From an uncultured Planctomycetota bacterium (GTDB lineage Bacteria > Planctomycetota > Planctomycetia > Isosphaerales > Isosphaeraceae): a stretch of DNA of 64,000 nt. The DNA lies in the NCBI GenBank assembly GCA_963845755.1, contig CAWJTV010000018.1:64001-128000 (forward strand). Reading direction: 5' to 3'. Positions within the stretch are counted from its first letter, which is position 1. The number at the start of each line of letters is the position of its first letter. The notes under the pieces were generated by a model. That model worked only from the letters and a program-made list of their open reading frames with translations, ran no database searches and had not been told where the DNA came from. The translations under genes were made by a program, and so were the position numbers. Positions 27,825-38,192 of the stretch are shown one piece after another.

Positions 27825-29002
27825 GTGACGACAAACCGCGCCGCCGAACCAGGGTCACGCGCCGATGCGGGCGACACGCCGTCGCCCAGTACGCCGTTAC
27901 ACACGCGGGCCTTCCGTTTTCTAAAAAAGATTTTCATAATATCCGATACCAAAAATCTCTGTGCACTCGCATACTACCAGTGCGTTCAACAACGAGTACC
28001 AGGGGCTCGAGGGATTGATTGGCATCCCGGAGGACCCGAAAGCGGCGCGAGACGGCCAATGCCATCAGGAAGAAGGCCGAGGTGTGTTCCCGCTCCCTCA
28101 CGATCGGGGACGCGATCCTGTTCGAAAGGATGTTGATCCGGCTGCTACCGGAGGCGTACCTCCGGCGCAAGGCGTCGGGCCTGCGCGAGCGGTTTCGCCG
28201 GCTCATCGAGCCCGAGGAGTATCAGTTCTACCTGGAGAGCGGCCCACCCGACCCCCTCCAGGGGGACCTGGCTCAGCTCCGGACCGACGTTGACGAAGTC
28301 CTCAATAGGATTAATTATATTTATGTCATTTCTCCATTTAAAGAGGAGATGCGCACCCGGATCTCGTCCCGAATCTCCGGCCTTCTCCTGCTGTTCCTGT
28401 CATCCGTCGGGATCTTCATCTTCTATCGGACTTCGGATCCCAGCACCAGGCTGATCCCCGCCCTGGTTCCCGTCGTGATCGCCGGGGCGATCGGGGGGTT
28501 CGTGAGCGTCCAGCAGCGAATCCAGACGGCGCCCACGGGTGGGGACGCGATCCGCGGGGTCCTCTCGCTCTACGACGGCTGGTTCAGCGTCTACCTCTCC
28601 CCGCTCACGGGGTCGATCTCCGCAACGATCCTCTACTTCTTATTCGTCGGTGAATTCCTGAAAGGGAGTATGTTCCCCGAGATCAACGACCCGGCGGTTG
28701 CAGGCAGGGCGATCGACTTTCAAGCCTTCTTTTCGACCATCGGGCCGAAGAACGGCGTCGAATATGCGAAGCTCATCGTCTGGGCGTTCGTCGCGGGATT
28801 TGCCGAGCGTCTCGTCCCCGACACGTTGAATCGCCTCGTCGAATCGGTCGAGAGCGGCTCGAAGTCGAAGCCGGTGGCGGTGGTCGAGGCGAAGGGTAAA
28901 GCCCCTACAGGCCAGGCCGAGAACGCCGGTCTGCCGAAGAAGGGCAAACCGGAGGTCGTGGGCAACTCGGAGGCTGGAGCCACGGTCACCAAGCCGGTCT
29001 GA
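27825..29002 (+). CDS. Hypothetical membrane protein (4 TM); 5' end frameshifted or uncertain
   Basis: ORF 28019-29002 with GAIGGFVSVQQRI...LIVWAFVAGFAERLVPDTL. Confidence 0.7.
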
Positions 29003-29034
29003 GAGTCGGTCCCTGAAGCCTCAATTGCCGTCTC

Positions 29035-29100
29035 GTAGGGTGCACTGTGAGCACCGAATTCGGCAAAGTCCGCCGGATCGGTGCTCACAGAGCACCCTAC
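29035..29100. repeat. GTAG-type REP doublet (GTAGGGTGC.CTGTGAGCACC...GGTGCTCACAGAGCACCCTAC)
   Basis: 21-bp inverted repeat; second family member at 32800-32864. Confidence 0.8.
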
Positions 29101-29378
29101 AAAGACCTTCCGAGACAGTCACTGAGTTATCACGTCCGATGAACTCTCGACTGGCCATGCTGGCGCGGCCTTTGCAGGTGACCCGAAATAGGGGACGGGG
29201 GGCCCGGCCATACCTCGAGGACAAGCGACCTCTTCCCTTCATTGCCGCTTCCTACCAGAATACCGGTAGGGCGGTATTCCGCGTGTCGAGGCATCGCGCG
29301 GGGCGAGATGGGGTCGCCCGTCTCGACGTGAGACGATGCTGATGCCGGCCTGGGGGTGGTTGCTGATGGTCGAAACTA

Positions 29379-30391
29379 TGATACCGGCCACCGTCATCGG
29401 GAGCTGGTCGTTACCGGGCTGGTTCGAGAAGTTCATCGAGGACGTCAAGGCGGAGCCGGACCGCTTCGGGCCGTCGGATCGCGAGGAGGCCGTGCGCGAC
29501 GCGGTCCGCCTGGCCGTCGACGACCAGCTTCGTGCCGGGCTCGGCCGGATCACCGACGGCGAGATCCAGCGCGTCGACTTCAACCTGGGCTTTTACGAGT
29601 ATCTCGGCGGCCTCGAGCCAATTCCGAACGCGCGGCGATGGGGCGCGCCGGCGCACGATCAGCGCGATCGCTATCGATGCGTCGCGCCGCTCTCCGCGCC
29701 CGGCGGCCTGGGCATCGTGGCGGAGTATTGCCGGCTCCGGGAGATTACCTCGGCACCGGTCAAGATGCCCGTCCCCGGGCCGTTCACCCTGGCGGGCTGC
29801 ATCGACGGCGGCGCGGTTTACGCCGATCGCGACGCGGTGACCGCCGCGCTGATCCCGATCGTCAATGCCGAGCTCCGGTCGCTCGTCATCGCCGGCGCGG
29901 ACTTCATCCAGCTCGATGAACCCAGTTTCGCCTGCCATCCCCACGCCGCCGGGGAATTCCTCGACACGATCGCCCGCACAGTCGAGGGCGTGGTCTCTTA
30001 CATCAGTATGCACATGTGCTTCGGCAACTACCGGGCGCGCGCCGTCGGGCACCGGTCGTACCGGCCGCTGTTCCCCCACCTCGGACGGGTGCCGGTCGAT
30101 CAACTCGCACTCGAGTTCGCCAGCCGGGAGATGGCCGAGATCGAGCTGCTCGCCGAGCTGCCCGAGACGCTCGACGTCGCCGTGGGGCTGGTCGACGTGA
30201 AGAACACGTGGATCGAGCCCGCGGAGCTGGTCGCCGATCGGCTGCGTACCGTGTTGAAGTATGTTGCTCCGTCGCGGGTCTCGGTCACCCCCGACTGCGG
30301 ATTCTCCCAGACCGCGCGGCACGTCGCCGTCGCCAAGGCCAGGGCGATGGTCGAAGGCGTGAACCTGGTGCGGAACGAGCTGAAGTCATGA
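29379..30391 (+). CDS. Cobalamin-independent methionine synthase II-like protein (catalytic domain only)
   Basis: TVIGSW..ITDGEIQR..PGPFTL..IQLDEP..HMCFGN..LEFA..GLVDVK..PDCG. Confidence 0.88.
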
Positions 30392-31233
30392 TCGAGCCGG
30401 TCCGTCGCGGTGCCGAACTGGTCGAGGAGATCGCGGGGACGATCCCCGCTCCGGGGACGCTCAGCGTCTGGTGGCTGGGTCAGAGCGGGTACGTGATCAG
30501 GTCGTGCGAGGGGTTGCTCGCCATCGACCTCTACCTGTCGGAGCACCTGACGAAGAAATACGCGGCCACGAATCGCCCCCATGTCCGGATGACCCGGGCA
30601 CCTCTGGGCGGCGGCGACCTGCGCCAGGTCGACCTGGTCCTGGCCAGTCACAAGCATTCCGATCACCTTGATCCGGGGACTTTGCCGGACCTCATGACGG
30701 TCACGCCGGGCGCGATTCTCGCCCTGCCGGAGGCGATCCGGGATCACGCCATCGGCCTGGGACTGCCTTCCGAGCGAATCGTCGGCCTGGACGCCGGGGG
30801 CGACTTGGAGCGCGCCGGGTTCCGGGTCCGCGCGATCCCCTCGGCGCACGAGGGACTCGACACCGACGAGTCCGGGCGTCATCTTTACCTGGGATACGCG
30901 ATCGAATCCGAAGGATTGAGGCTGTATCACAGCGGAGACAGCCTGGCTTACGAGGGACTGACCGGCCGGCTCGGCCCCGATCGATTCGACGTCCTGTTCT
31001 TGCCGATCAACGGGCGGGACCCGGTGCGCGGGGTCCCCGGCAACATGTCGGCGGCCGAGGCGGTCAACCTGGCCGTCCGGGTCCGTCCTCGCTTCGTCGT
31101 GCCCCATCATTATGACATGTTTACATTCAACACGATCCCCGTCGAGGCGTTCGCGGAGGAGGCCCGCCGGCTCCCGGCCGGGGTCCAGCCGCGGATCCTC
31201 CGTTGCGGGGAGCGTTGGGAGGTCGCGCCGTGA
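30388..31233 (+). CDS. MBL-fold metallo-hydrolase (UlaG-like)
   Basis: WWLGQSG..IDLYLS..SHKHSDHLD..YHSGD..LPING..PHHYDMF. Confidence 0.88.
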   Translation: MIEPVRRGAELVEEIAGTIPAPGTLSVWWLGQSGYVIRSCEGLLAIDLYLSEHLTKKYAATNRPHVRMTRAPLGGGDLRQVDLVLASHKHSDHLDPGTLPDLMTVTPGAILALPEAIRDHAIGLGLPSERIVGLDAGGDLERAGFRVRAIPSAHEGLDTDESGRHLYLGYAIESEGLRLYHSGDSLAYEGLTGRLGPDRFDVLFLPINGRDPVRGVPGNMSAAEAVNLAVRVRPRFVVPHHYDMFTFNTIPVEAFAEEARRLPAGVQPRILRCGERWEVAP

Positions 31234-32768
31234 GCATCACGTTGGGCATCGACATCGGGACCTCGGGGACCAAGACGCTGGCGATTGATGAGACGGGGGC
31301 GATCCTTGCGTCGGCGACGCTCGAGTATCCCTGCGACCATCCGCGGCCAGGGTGGTCCGAGCAGCAGCCGGAATTCTGGTGGAATGCCACCGTCCAGACG
31401 GTGAAGCAAGTCCTAGGCTCGGGCAAGTTCCGCCCGGAGGACGTGGCCGGGCTCGGGCTGAGCGGGCAGATGCACGGCTCGGTCTTCCTCGACGCGGCGG
31501 GTCGGGTCATCCGCCCGGCCCTGCTGTGGAACGACCAGAGGACAGCGGCCGAATGCCGGGAGATCGAGGAGAAGGCGGGAGGTCGCGAGGCCCTGATCCG
31601 CCTGGTCGCCAACCCGGCCTTGACGGGATTCACCGCGCCCAAGCTGCTGTGGGTCCGCACGCACGAGCCCCGGAATTGGGACCAGGTCCGCCAGGTCTTG
31701 TTGCCGAAGGACTATGTCCGCTACCGGCTGACCGGGACGTATGCCACCGAGGTGAGCGACGCGTCGGGGACGCTGTTGCTCGACGTCGCCAACCGTCGAT
31801 GGAGCCGCGAGCTGCTCGGCAAGCTCGAGATCGACCCGGCGCTCTTGCCTCCCTGTTACGAGAGCGCGGAGGTCTCGGCCAGGGTGAGCGAGCTGGGCTC
31901 GATGGCGACCGGCCTGCCGACCGGGACGCCGGTGGTCGGCGGGGGCGGCGACCAGCCGGCCGGCGCGGTCGGCAACGGGATCGTTCGCCAGGGGGTGGTT
32001 TCGGCGACGATGGGGACGTCGGGCGTCGTCTTCGCGCACGCCGACGAGCTGGGCTTCGACCCGCTGGGCCGGCTCCAGCGCGGCTGCCATGCCGTGCCGG
32101 GCGCCTGGCACGTCATGGGGGTGGTGCTCGCGGCCGGTGGGAGCCTGCAGTGGTTCCGCAACGAGCTGGGCAAGGCCGAGGTCGCGCTGGCCAAGGAGCG
32201 GGGAGAGGACCCTTATTACCTCCTCACCGCCGAGGCCGCGCTCGCGGGTCCCGGTGCGGAAGGCTTGTTCTTCCTCCCTTACATGACCGGCGAACGGACA
32301 CCGCACTTCGACCCCGATGCCAAGGCCGCCTGGATCGGGCTGACGGTCCGGCATGGCCGGCCGCACATGATCCGCAGCCTGCTCGAAGGGGCGACCTTCG
32401 CCATGCGCGATAGCCTGGAGCTGATCCGCGAAATGGGCGTGACGATCGAGCAAGTGCGCGTCTCCGGCGGCGGAGCCCGCAACCCGCTCTGGCGGCAGAT
32501 CCAGGCCGATATCTACGGCTGCGACGTTCACACGCTGAATTCGACCGAAGGACCGGCCTTCGGCGTCGCCCTGCTGGCCCAGGTCGGCACCGGCGGGTTT
32601 TCCTCGGTCCCCGAGGCGTGTGATGCCACCATCCGTGCGGTGGACTCCACGACCGTCGATCCTCGCGCCAGGAATTACTACGACCGCGCGTATGCGGTCT
32701 ATCGACGGCTCTATCTGGACCTTCGTTCGTCGTTCCGGTCGATCAGTGCGCTGGTCAATGAGTTCTGA
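31230..32768 (+). CDS. xylB: Xylulokinase (FGGY family)
   Basis: LGIDIGTSGTK..GLSGQMHG..LWNDQR..LLPKDY..SDASGT..GGGDQ..LPYMTGERTP. Confidence 0.92.
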   Translation: MSITLGIDIGTSGTKTLAIDETGAILASATLEYPCDHPRPGWSEQQPEFWWNATVQTVKQVLGSGKFRPEDVAGLGLSGQMHGSVFLDAAGRVIRPALLWNDQRTAAECREIEEKAGGREALIRLVANPALTGFTAPKLLWVRTHEPRNWDQVRQVLLPKDYVRYRLTGTYATEVSDASGTLLLDVANRRWSRELLGKLEIDPALLPPCYESAEVSARVSELGSMATGLPTGTPVVGGGGDQPAGAVGNGIVRQGVVSATMGTSGVVFAHADELGFDPLGRLQRGCHAVPGAWHVMGVVLAAGGSLQWFRNELGKAEVALAKERGEDPYYLLTAEAALAGPGAEGLFFLPYMTGERTPHFDPDAKAAWIGLTVRHGRPHMIRSLLEGATFAMRDSLELIREMGVTIEQVRVSGGGARNPLWRQIQADIYGCDVHTLNSTEGPAFGVALLAQVGTGGFSSVPEACDATIRAVDSTTVDPRARNYYDRAYAVYRRLYLDLRSSFRSISALVNEF

Positions 32769-32799
32769 AAAAGTGTATGAGCAGCCTGGCAGGCGGTTC

Positions 32800-32864
32800 G
32801 TCGGGTGCTCGGTGAGCACCGATGCGCAAGCGTCGGCCGTTCTGGTGCTCACCGAGCACCCGAC
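32800..32864. repeat. REP doublet, perfect 21-bp inverted repeat
   Basis: GTCGGGTGCTCGGTGAGCACC / GGTGCTCACCGAGCACCCGAC. Confidence 0.8.
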
Positions 32865-32889
32865 ATCAAGGCTATCACAACGCGCGACC

Positions 32890-35221
32890 GACAGTCCGGG
32901 AGATCTCGCTTGGCACGGAAATCCAGACGGACCTCAGCGAAGACGGCGCGGCAGGACGGCGAAGGGAGGGTTCGTGCCACGTCGCCGTCGAGCCCTCCCG
33001 ACGCGCCGTCGCCGTCGCCTGCGCCCGAGACCGCAATCCAGAGCGAGCCCGAACGTCCCAGGTGGCGAGCCCGGCTCTGGACCAGTATCGCCGTGATCGG
33101 GCTGCTGACGCTCCATTACGCCCTGGCGGCTCAGAGTCTCCTCCTGGAGAACCCGACGGTCGACGAGGTCGTGCACATGCCGGCCGGCATCAGCTACTGG
33201 CAGAAGGGGACGTTCAAGCTCTATCACCACAACCCGCCGCTGTTCAAGCTGGTCGCCGCGCTGCCGGTCGTGATGGCGCAACCGGAGACCGAACCACTCT
33301 ACGGAATGAAGAGTTGGAGGTCCAAAGACCCTTCGGCGATTACGTTCTCGCAAGAGTTCGCCATCATCAACACCCATCGCTATTTCGAGCTCTTCCAGCT
33401 CGCCCGGCTGATGATGCCGTTGTTCTCGATCGTCGGCGGCCTGATCGTGTTCGCGTGGTCGCGGCGACTCTATGGCGCCTGGGCCGGCGTGTTGAGCCTG
33501 GCGCTCTGGGTGTTCTGTCCCAACATCCTCGCCCATGCCCGGCTGGTCACGTCGGATATCTGCTCGACCGCGATGGGGGTCGCGGCGACCTATGTCTTCT
33601 GGCGATTCTTGCAGGCGCCGACCCGCCGCTGGGCGTTCGCGGCGGGCGTCGCGCTGGGAATCGCCCAGTTGAGCAAGTTCAGCATGCTGCTCCTCTACGC
33701 GATCTGGCCGTTCCTCGGGCTCGTGCGGCTCGGGCTAGTGGTCCCCAGGAGCGAGTGGCGCCGGGCCGTCGTCAAGGGGACGGTCCACGGGTTGGTGATT
33801 GTCGCCTCGAGCATTGTCACGATCGATGTCGGCTATCTCTTCGAGGGGGTGGGGATTCCGCTCGGCAGGTACGAATTCGCCTGCCGCTCCCTGACGCGCC
33901 CCGCGACGCCCGTCGAGATTCGTCTGAGGAGCGAGAACCCGCTGCTCGACACGGCCTGGCAGTTCCGGGTCAATCGATTCCGAGGGACCTGGCTAGGTCG
34001 CATCCCCGCGCCCTGCCCGAGCACTACCTCCTGGGCTTCGACGAGCAGAAGCTCGAATCCGAGGGGATACCGAGGCGCTTCACCAAGGCCGTCCAGGACG
34101 ATTGGATGGCCCGTGCCTCGAGGCAGCCGGCAACCCGGGTCAAGGAAGAACTCCGGGTTCCGGAGGCGCACGATGAGCCGCAGGATGCCTATCCGGTCTA
34201 TCTCAACGGTGAGCTGCGCCGGAATGGGTGGTGGTATTATTATCTGCTCACCCTGATTTACAAGGTCCCGGAAGGGACGTGGCTCCTGGTTCTCCTGTCG
34301 CTGGCGGTCCTGGTGCTGGCGAGGCGGTCGCGCACCGAGTGGGCCGACGAGATCGCGCTGGGCACCGTCCCGCTGGTGATCTTCCTCTCGATGAGCCTGC
34401 TTACGGACATCAACCTGGGCCTGCGCTATGTGCTGCCGATCGCGCCTTACGTGTTCATCGCCGCGGGGAAGGTCGTGCCCTGGTCGATGGGCCTGGCGGG
34501 TCGTTGGCGTTTCGTGATGGGAGCGCTGATCGCCGGGTCGCTGGGCTTGACGATCGCGGCGTCGGTCGCGATCCGCCCGGACTACCTTTCGTATTTCAAC
34601 TGGGCTTCGGGCGGCCCGGACCGGGTGCCGGCGCGGCTGATCGACAGCAACCTGGATTGGGGCCAGGACCTGGTCGCGCTCCAGAGATGGTGGAAGGAGA
34701 CGATCCCGGATCAGGAGATTGGTCTGGCGTATTTCGGCCAGATCAACCCGTCGCTCTTCGCGGTGCGCGGCGAGCCGTTCCGATGGTTCCTCCCGCCGGG
34801 AGAGCCGGGCACCATTCGCCCGATGGCCGAGAACCCGAGCCCGATGCTCAAAGGCCCCGAGCCCAGGCTGACACCCGGCTATTATGCCGTCAGCGCGACG
34901 GTGCTCTATGGGCTGCCCTGGCGGTTCTATGACCCGGCGCCGCCCGAAACCGTGCCCGCAGCCTGGGCGATGGCCTGGAATGCCTATCAATTCGGCGCAT
35001 TCCAGTATTTTCGCCAATTCACGCCGATCAAACGGATCGGGCACTCGATTTATGTCTATCAACTCAGCGCCGAGGACGTGACGCGCGTGAACGACTCATT
35101 CCGCAAGGCGGCAGACATAGACCTGGGCCATGTCATCATCATGGGTCGGTCCGAAGAAAGAGTCGACTTCGAAATCCCGCTTGCCGTAGCAGGTCTGGAA
35201 GATCGGCGCCGAACTCGGTGA
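32890..35221 (+). CDS. GT39/ArnT-like integral membrane glycosyltransferase (frameshift near 34010; ends uncertain)
   Basis: PTVDEVVHMPAG..HNPPLFK..PNILAHARLVTSD..LSKFS; GWWYYY..YKVP..GLRYVLP..YLSYFN..LIDSNLDWGQDL. Confidence 0.85.
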
Positions 35222-35992
35222 AGACGGGGTAGCCCCAGTCGCCGCCAGGGATGGGCGATCCGCGGGGCGAGATCCTCGACCGTTCCGTCTGGCCGGAGCA
35301 CTGCCCGGGGAAACGTCGAGGATGTCCTGGGGCAGAAGAGGGACGGTGAAGATATGACGCCCGCCGGGCGCGAGCACACGGCGAATTTCGCTCAGTGCGG
35401 CCTCGAGATCGGGGACGTGCTCCAATGTCTCCGAGGTCAGGACGAGATCGAAACTCGCCCCTGGGTACGTCAGCTTGGTCAAGTCCTCCGAGCGGGTTCC
35501 CTCGACGACTCCCGGCGCCAGGTCGGGCTGATAGTCTGAGCCGACAAATCCCGGCAGATGGGCCAGCGGATCGTGCAGTCCCTCGATCCGGTTGATCTCG
35601 GCAATGCGGAGCCGCCGGATTTCCGCGCACTCGACCCAATCGACGATCGACGGGGCCGGGGCAGGGGGGGTACCGACAGGATACAGGTTCAGCACGACCT
35701 GGGCGATCCGTCGGCATCGGAGATTGGCCCCGCAGTGCGTGCAGTGGCATGACTCCTTTCTCGCGAACGCCTGGGCCTGTCGCGGCGAGATCCCCCAGCG
35801 TTCTTCCAGACGGCGGGGGATGATGCGACGGCGATAAAGCATCGGTCGGAACCGGCCGCAGACTGTGCAGCGCTCGAAGCGACCATGCCCGATGGCGTTC
35901 AGCATGTCGTAAGCGAGCCAACCGAAGCGATGGGCGGCGTTCCATCCGGACACGAGGAACCACTTCAACCGGCCGGGGACCCGACGTCTCAT
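35096..35992 (-). CDS. Class I SAM-dependent methyltransferase with CxxC motifs (frameshift near 35320)
   Basis: EDLTKLTYPGASFDLVLTSETLEHVPD..EIRRVLAPGGRHIFTVP. Confidence 0.82.
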   Translation of the reverse strand: MRRRVPGRLKWFLVSGWNAAHRFGWLAYDMLNAIGHGRFERCTVCGRFRPMLYRRRIIPRRLEERWGISPRQAQAFARKESCHCTHCGANLRCRRIAQVVLNLYPVGTPPAPAPSIVDWVECAEIRRLRIAEINRIEGLHDPLAHLPGFVGSDYQPDLAPGVVEGTRSEDLTKLTYPGASFDLVLTSETLEHVPDLEAALSEIRRVLAPGGRHIFTVPLLPQDILDVSPGSAPARRNGRGSRPADRPSLAATGATPSSPSSAPIFQTCYGKRDFEVDSFFGPTHDDDMAQVYVCRLAE

Positions 35993-36032
35993 GGAATCGT
36001 GATGCTCTTGCGATGGTGTCTGTCTCACGTCC

Positions 36033-36368
36033 CTACGAGACGGCGAATTCCATGAGACGTCTCATCTCGATCGGCTTGTACGCCATCACGATCCGTTCTT
36101 TGGGAATGCCGGCCTCGAGCAGATCGGTGACGACTCCGTGCTCGATGCCGTCGCGCTGAATCCAGAACTTGCCATCGATGATGTCGATATGGGCCAAGCA
36201 CCAATGGGCCCTCTCGCGGCCGTCCCAGCCGACGTTGATCAGCGCATAGTGATCGCGAGTCCGATCGAAGAGGGCCTCGGTGTGGAAGTCGCCGTAGGAG
36301 TAGGGGATTTCCGTATACTTGGTCAAGATCGACTCAACGATCGAACGATCGCGCTCTAAGGTATCCAT
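36033..36368 (-). CDS. xisI: XisI-family protein
   Basis: FDRTRDHYALINVGW..HIDIIDGKFWIQRDGIEHGVVTDLLEAGIPKERIV. Confidence 0.9.
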   Translation of the reverse strand: MDTLERDRSIVESILTKYTEIPYSYGDFHTEALFDRTRDHYALINVGWDGRERAHWCLAHIDIIDGKFWIQRDGIEHGVVTDLLEAGIPKERIVMAYKPIEMRRLMEFAVS

Positions 36369-36772
36369 CGCGTGATCACCTCAGCTTGGGGCTCGAATCC
36401 GACGATTCGGAGCGAGTAATCGGTCACGATCAACTGTCCCAGTGGTTCGTCAAAAATGTTGCTCAGAACGTTGTCCGGCACGGCCAGAAAAAGAGTCCGA
36501 TCTGGCTCTCTCCGAGCCAGGACTGACCGGTACAAGGCAAACTGGCCAATCGCTCTCTCCAAATCCTCGAGTTCCGATTTCCCGAGGAAGCTTTTGATCT
36601 CCACGGCAATGCGTCGCTGGTTCTTCTCGGCTGCCAAGAGCAATTCGGCGCCCAGGTCAACGTACATGTCTTTCTTGCCCCATGGCAAGCGGAGGGGATC
36701 GTGCGTGATGACCCAACCGTCTTTGATCAGGGCGTTCTTGACGCAATCGTGATATCGGTCTCTGGCCGACAT
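36356..36772 (-). CDS. xisH: XisH-family protein (restriction-endonuclease-like fold)
   Basis: ARDRYHDCVKNALIKDGWVITHDPL..VDLGAE..IAVEIKSF..AIGQFALYR..EPDRTLFLAVP. Confidence 0.92.
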   Translation of the reverse strand: MSARDRYHDCVKNALIKDGWVITHDPLRLPWGKKDMYVDLGAELLLAAEKNQRRIAVEIKSFLGKSELEDLERAIGQFALYRSVLARREPDRTLFLAVPDNVLSNIFDEPLGQLIVTDYSLRIVGFEPQAEVITRWIP

Positions 36773-36998
36773 CCGGGGAGCCTCCATGACACGACTTGGA
36801 TGCAATCGCTTCATTGACTATGATACATGAGTCGAGGATTTACGAGGAGAGGAACTGCCCTGACAATCGAACAACTCCGGGCCGTACATTACCTTACCTT
36901 GACCCCGGGGCCGTGTTTGATTACGATAATCTCATCGGATCGGCGCAAGTGGAACGAGCGCAAACGTTTGACTCAACGGAACCCCAGGACGACGAACG

Positions 36999-38168
36999 AT
37001 GGCGTACGCGACGACGGTCCCGCGGCACAAGACGCGCGAAGTGGGTGTGGGCGATCATATCGTCGGCGGCGAGCAGCCCATCTGGGTCCAGTCGATGACG
37101 ACGACCAACACCTTCGACGTCGAGGCGACGCTCGACCAGATCCACCGGCTCGAAGAAGCCGGCTGCGAGATCGTCCGCGTCACCATCCCCAAGAAGGAGG
37201 ACGTCGACGCCGTCAAGCTGATCCGCGACCGGATCCGCATCCCGCTCATCGCCGACATTCATTACGACTACCGGATGGCCCTGGCCTGCATCGATGCGGT
37301 CACGCCGTCGGGCCGGCAGGCCGTGGACAAGATCCGGATCAATCCCGGGAATATCGGCGGCGAAGAGCGGTTCAAGGAGGTCGTCCGCAAGGCGCGCGAC
37401 AAGGGCATCCCGATGCGGGTCGGGGTCAACTCCGGCAGCCTCGAGAAAGACCTGATCGACAAGTACGGCTTCCCGTGCCCGGAGGCGATGGTCGAGAGCG
37501 CCCTGCGGTACATCGAGATGTCCGAGCGGCTCGGCTATCACTTGATGATCATCAGCCTCAAGGCCAGCCACGTCCCGACGGCCGTGGAATGCTATACCCA
37601 GTACGCCGCACAGAGCGACTATCCCACGCACGTCGGGATCACCGAGGCCGGCTCGCGCGAGTACGGCACGCTCAAGAGCGCCGCGGGTATTGGCGCGATC
37701 GTGCTCCGCGGGATCGGCGATACGATCCGCGTCTCGCTGCTGGGTGATCCCGTCCCCGAGATCCAGGCCGGGTTCGATATCCTCCGCGCCTGTGACCGAC
37801 GTGTCACCAAGCCCGAGGTCGTCGCCTGTCCGACCTGCGGCCGGCTGGATATCGACCTCGAGCGGATCGTCGCCGAGGTCGAGGAGAAGATGAAGAACCT
37901 CAAGAACCCGCTGCGGATCAGCATCCTCGGCTGCCTGGTCAACGGCTTCGGCGAGGCCAAGGAGGCCGACCTGGGCATCGCCGCCGGCTCCGGCAAAGGG
38001 ATCATCTTCAAGCGCGGGGTGCCCATCCGCCACGTCAAGGAACACGAGATGGTCCAGGCCCTCCTCGAGGAAGTCGAGCGGTTCCACGAGGAGACCACGC
38101 CGCTGGCCTCCTACCTCGAAAAAGAAAAGCAGCGCCAGCAGAAGATGGCGCTGCCGGTGTTGTCGTAG
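36999..38168 (+). CDS. ispG: HMBPP synthase (MEP pathway)
   Basis: PIWVQSMT..GCEIVRV..ADIHY..RINPGNIG..RVGVNSGSLE..HVGITEAG..GIGDTIRVSL..ACPTCGR..GCLVNG. Confidence 0.96.
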   Translation: MAYATTVPRHKTREVGVGDHIVGGEQPIWVQSMTTTNTFDVEATLDQIHRLEEAGCEIVRVTIPKKEDVDAVKLIRDRIRIPLIADIHYDYRMALACIDAVTPSGRQAVDKIRINPGNIGGEERFKEVVRKARDKGIPMRVGVNSGSLEKDLIDKYGFPCPEAMVESALRYIEMSERLGYHLMIISLKASHVPTAVECYTQYAAQSDYPTHVGITEAGSREYGTLKSAAGIGAIVLRGIGDTIRVSLLGDPVPEIQAGFDILRACDRRVTKPEVVACPTCGRLDIDLERIVAEVEEKMKNLKNPLRISILGCLVNGFGEAKEADLGIAAGSGKGIIFKRGVPIRHVKEHEMVQALLEEVERFHEETTPLASYLEKEKQRQQKMALPVLS

Positions 38169-38192
38169 TCCGCTCGCCTCAAGGCCCCGACA

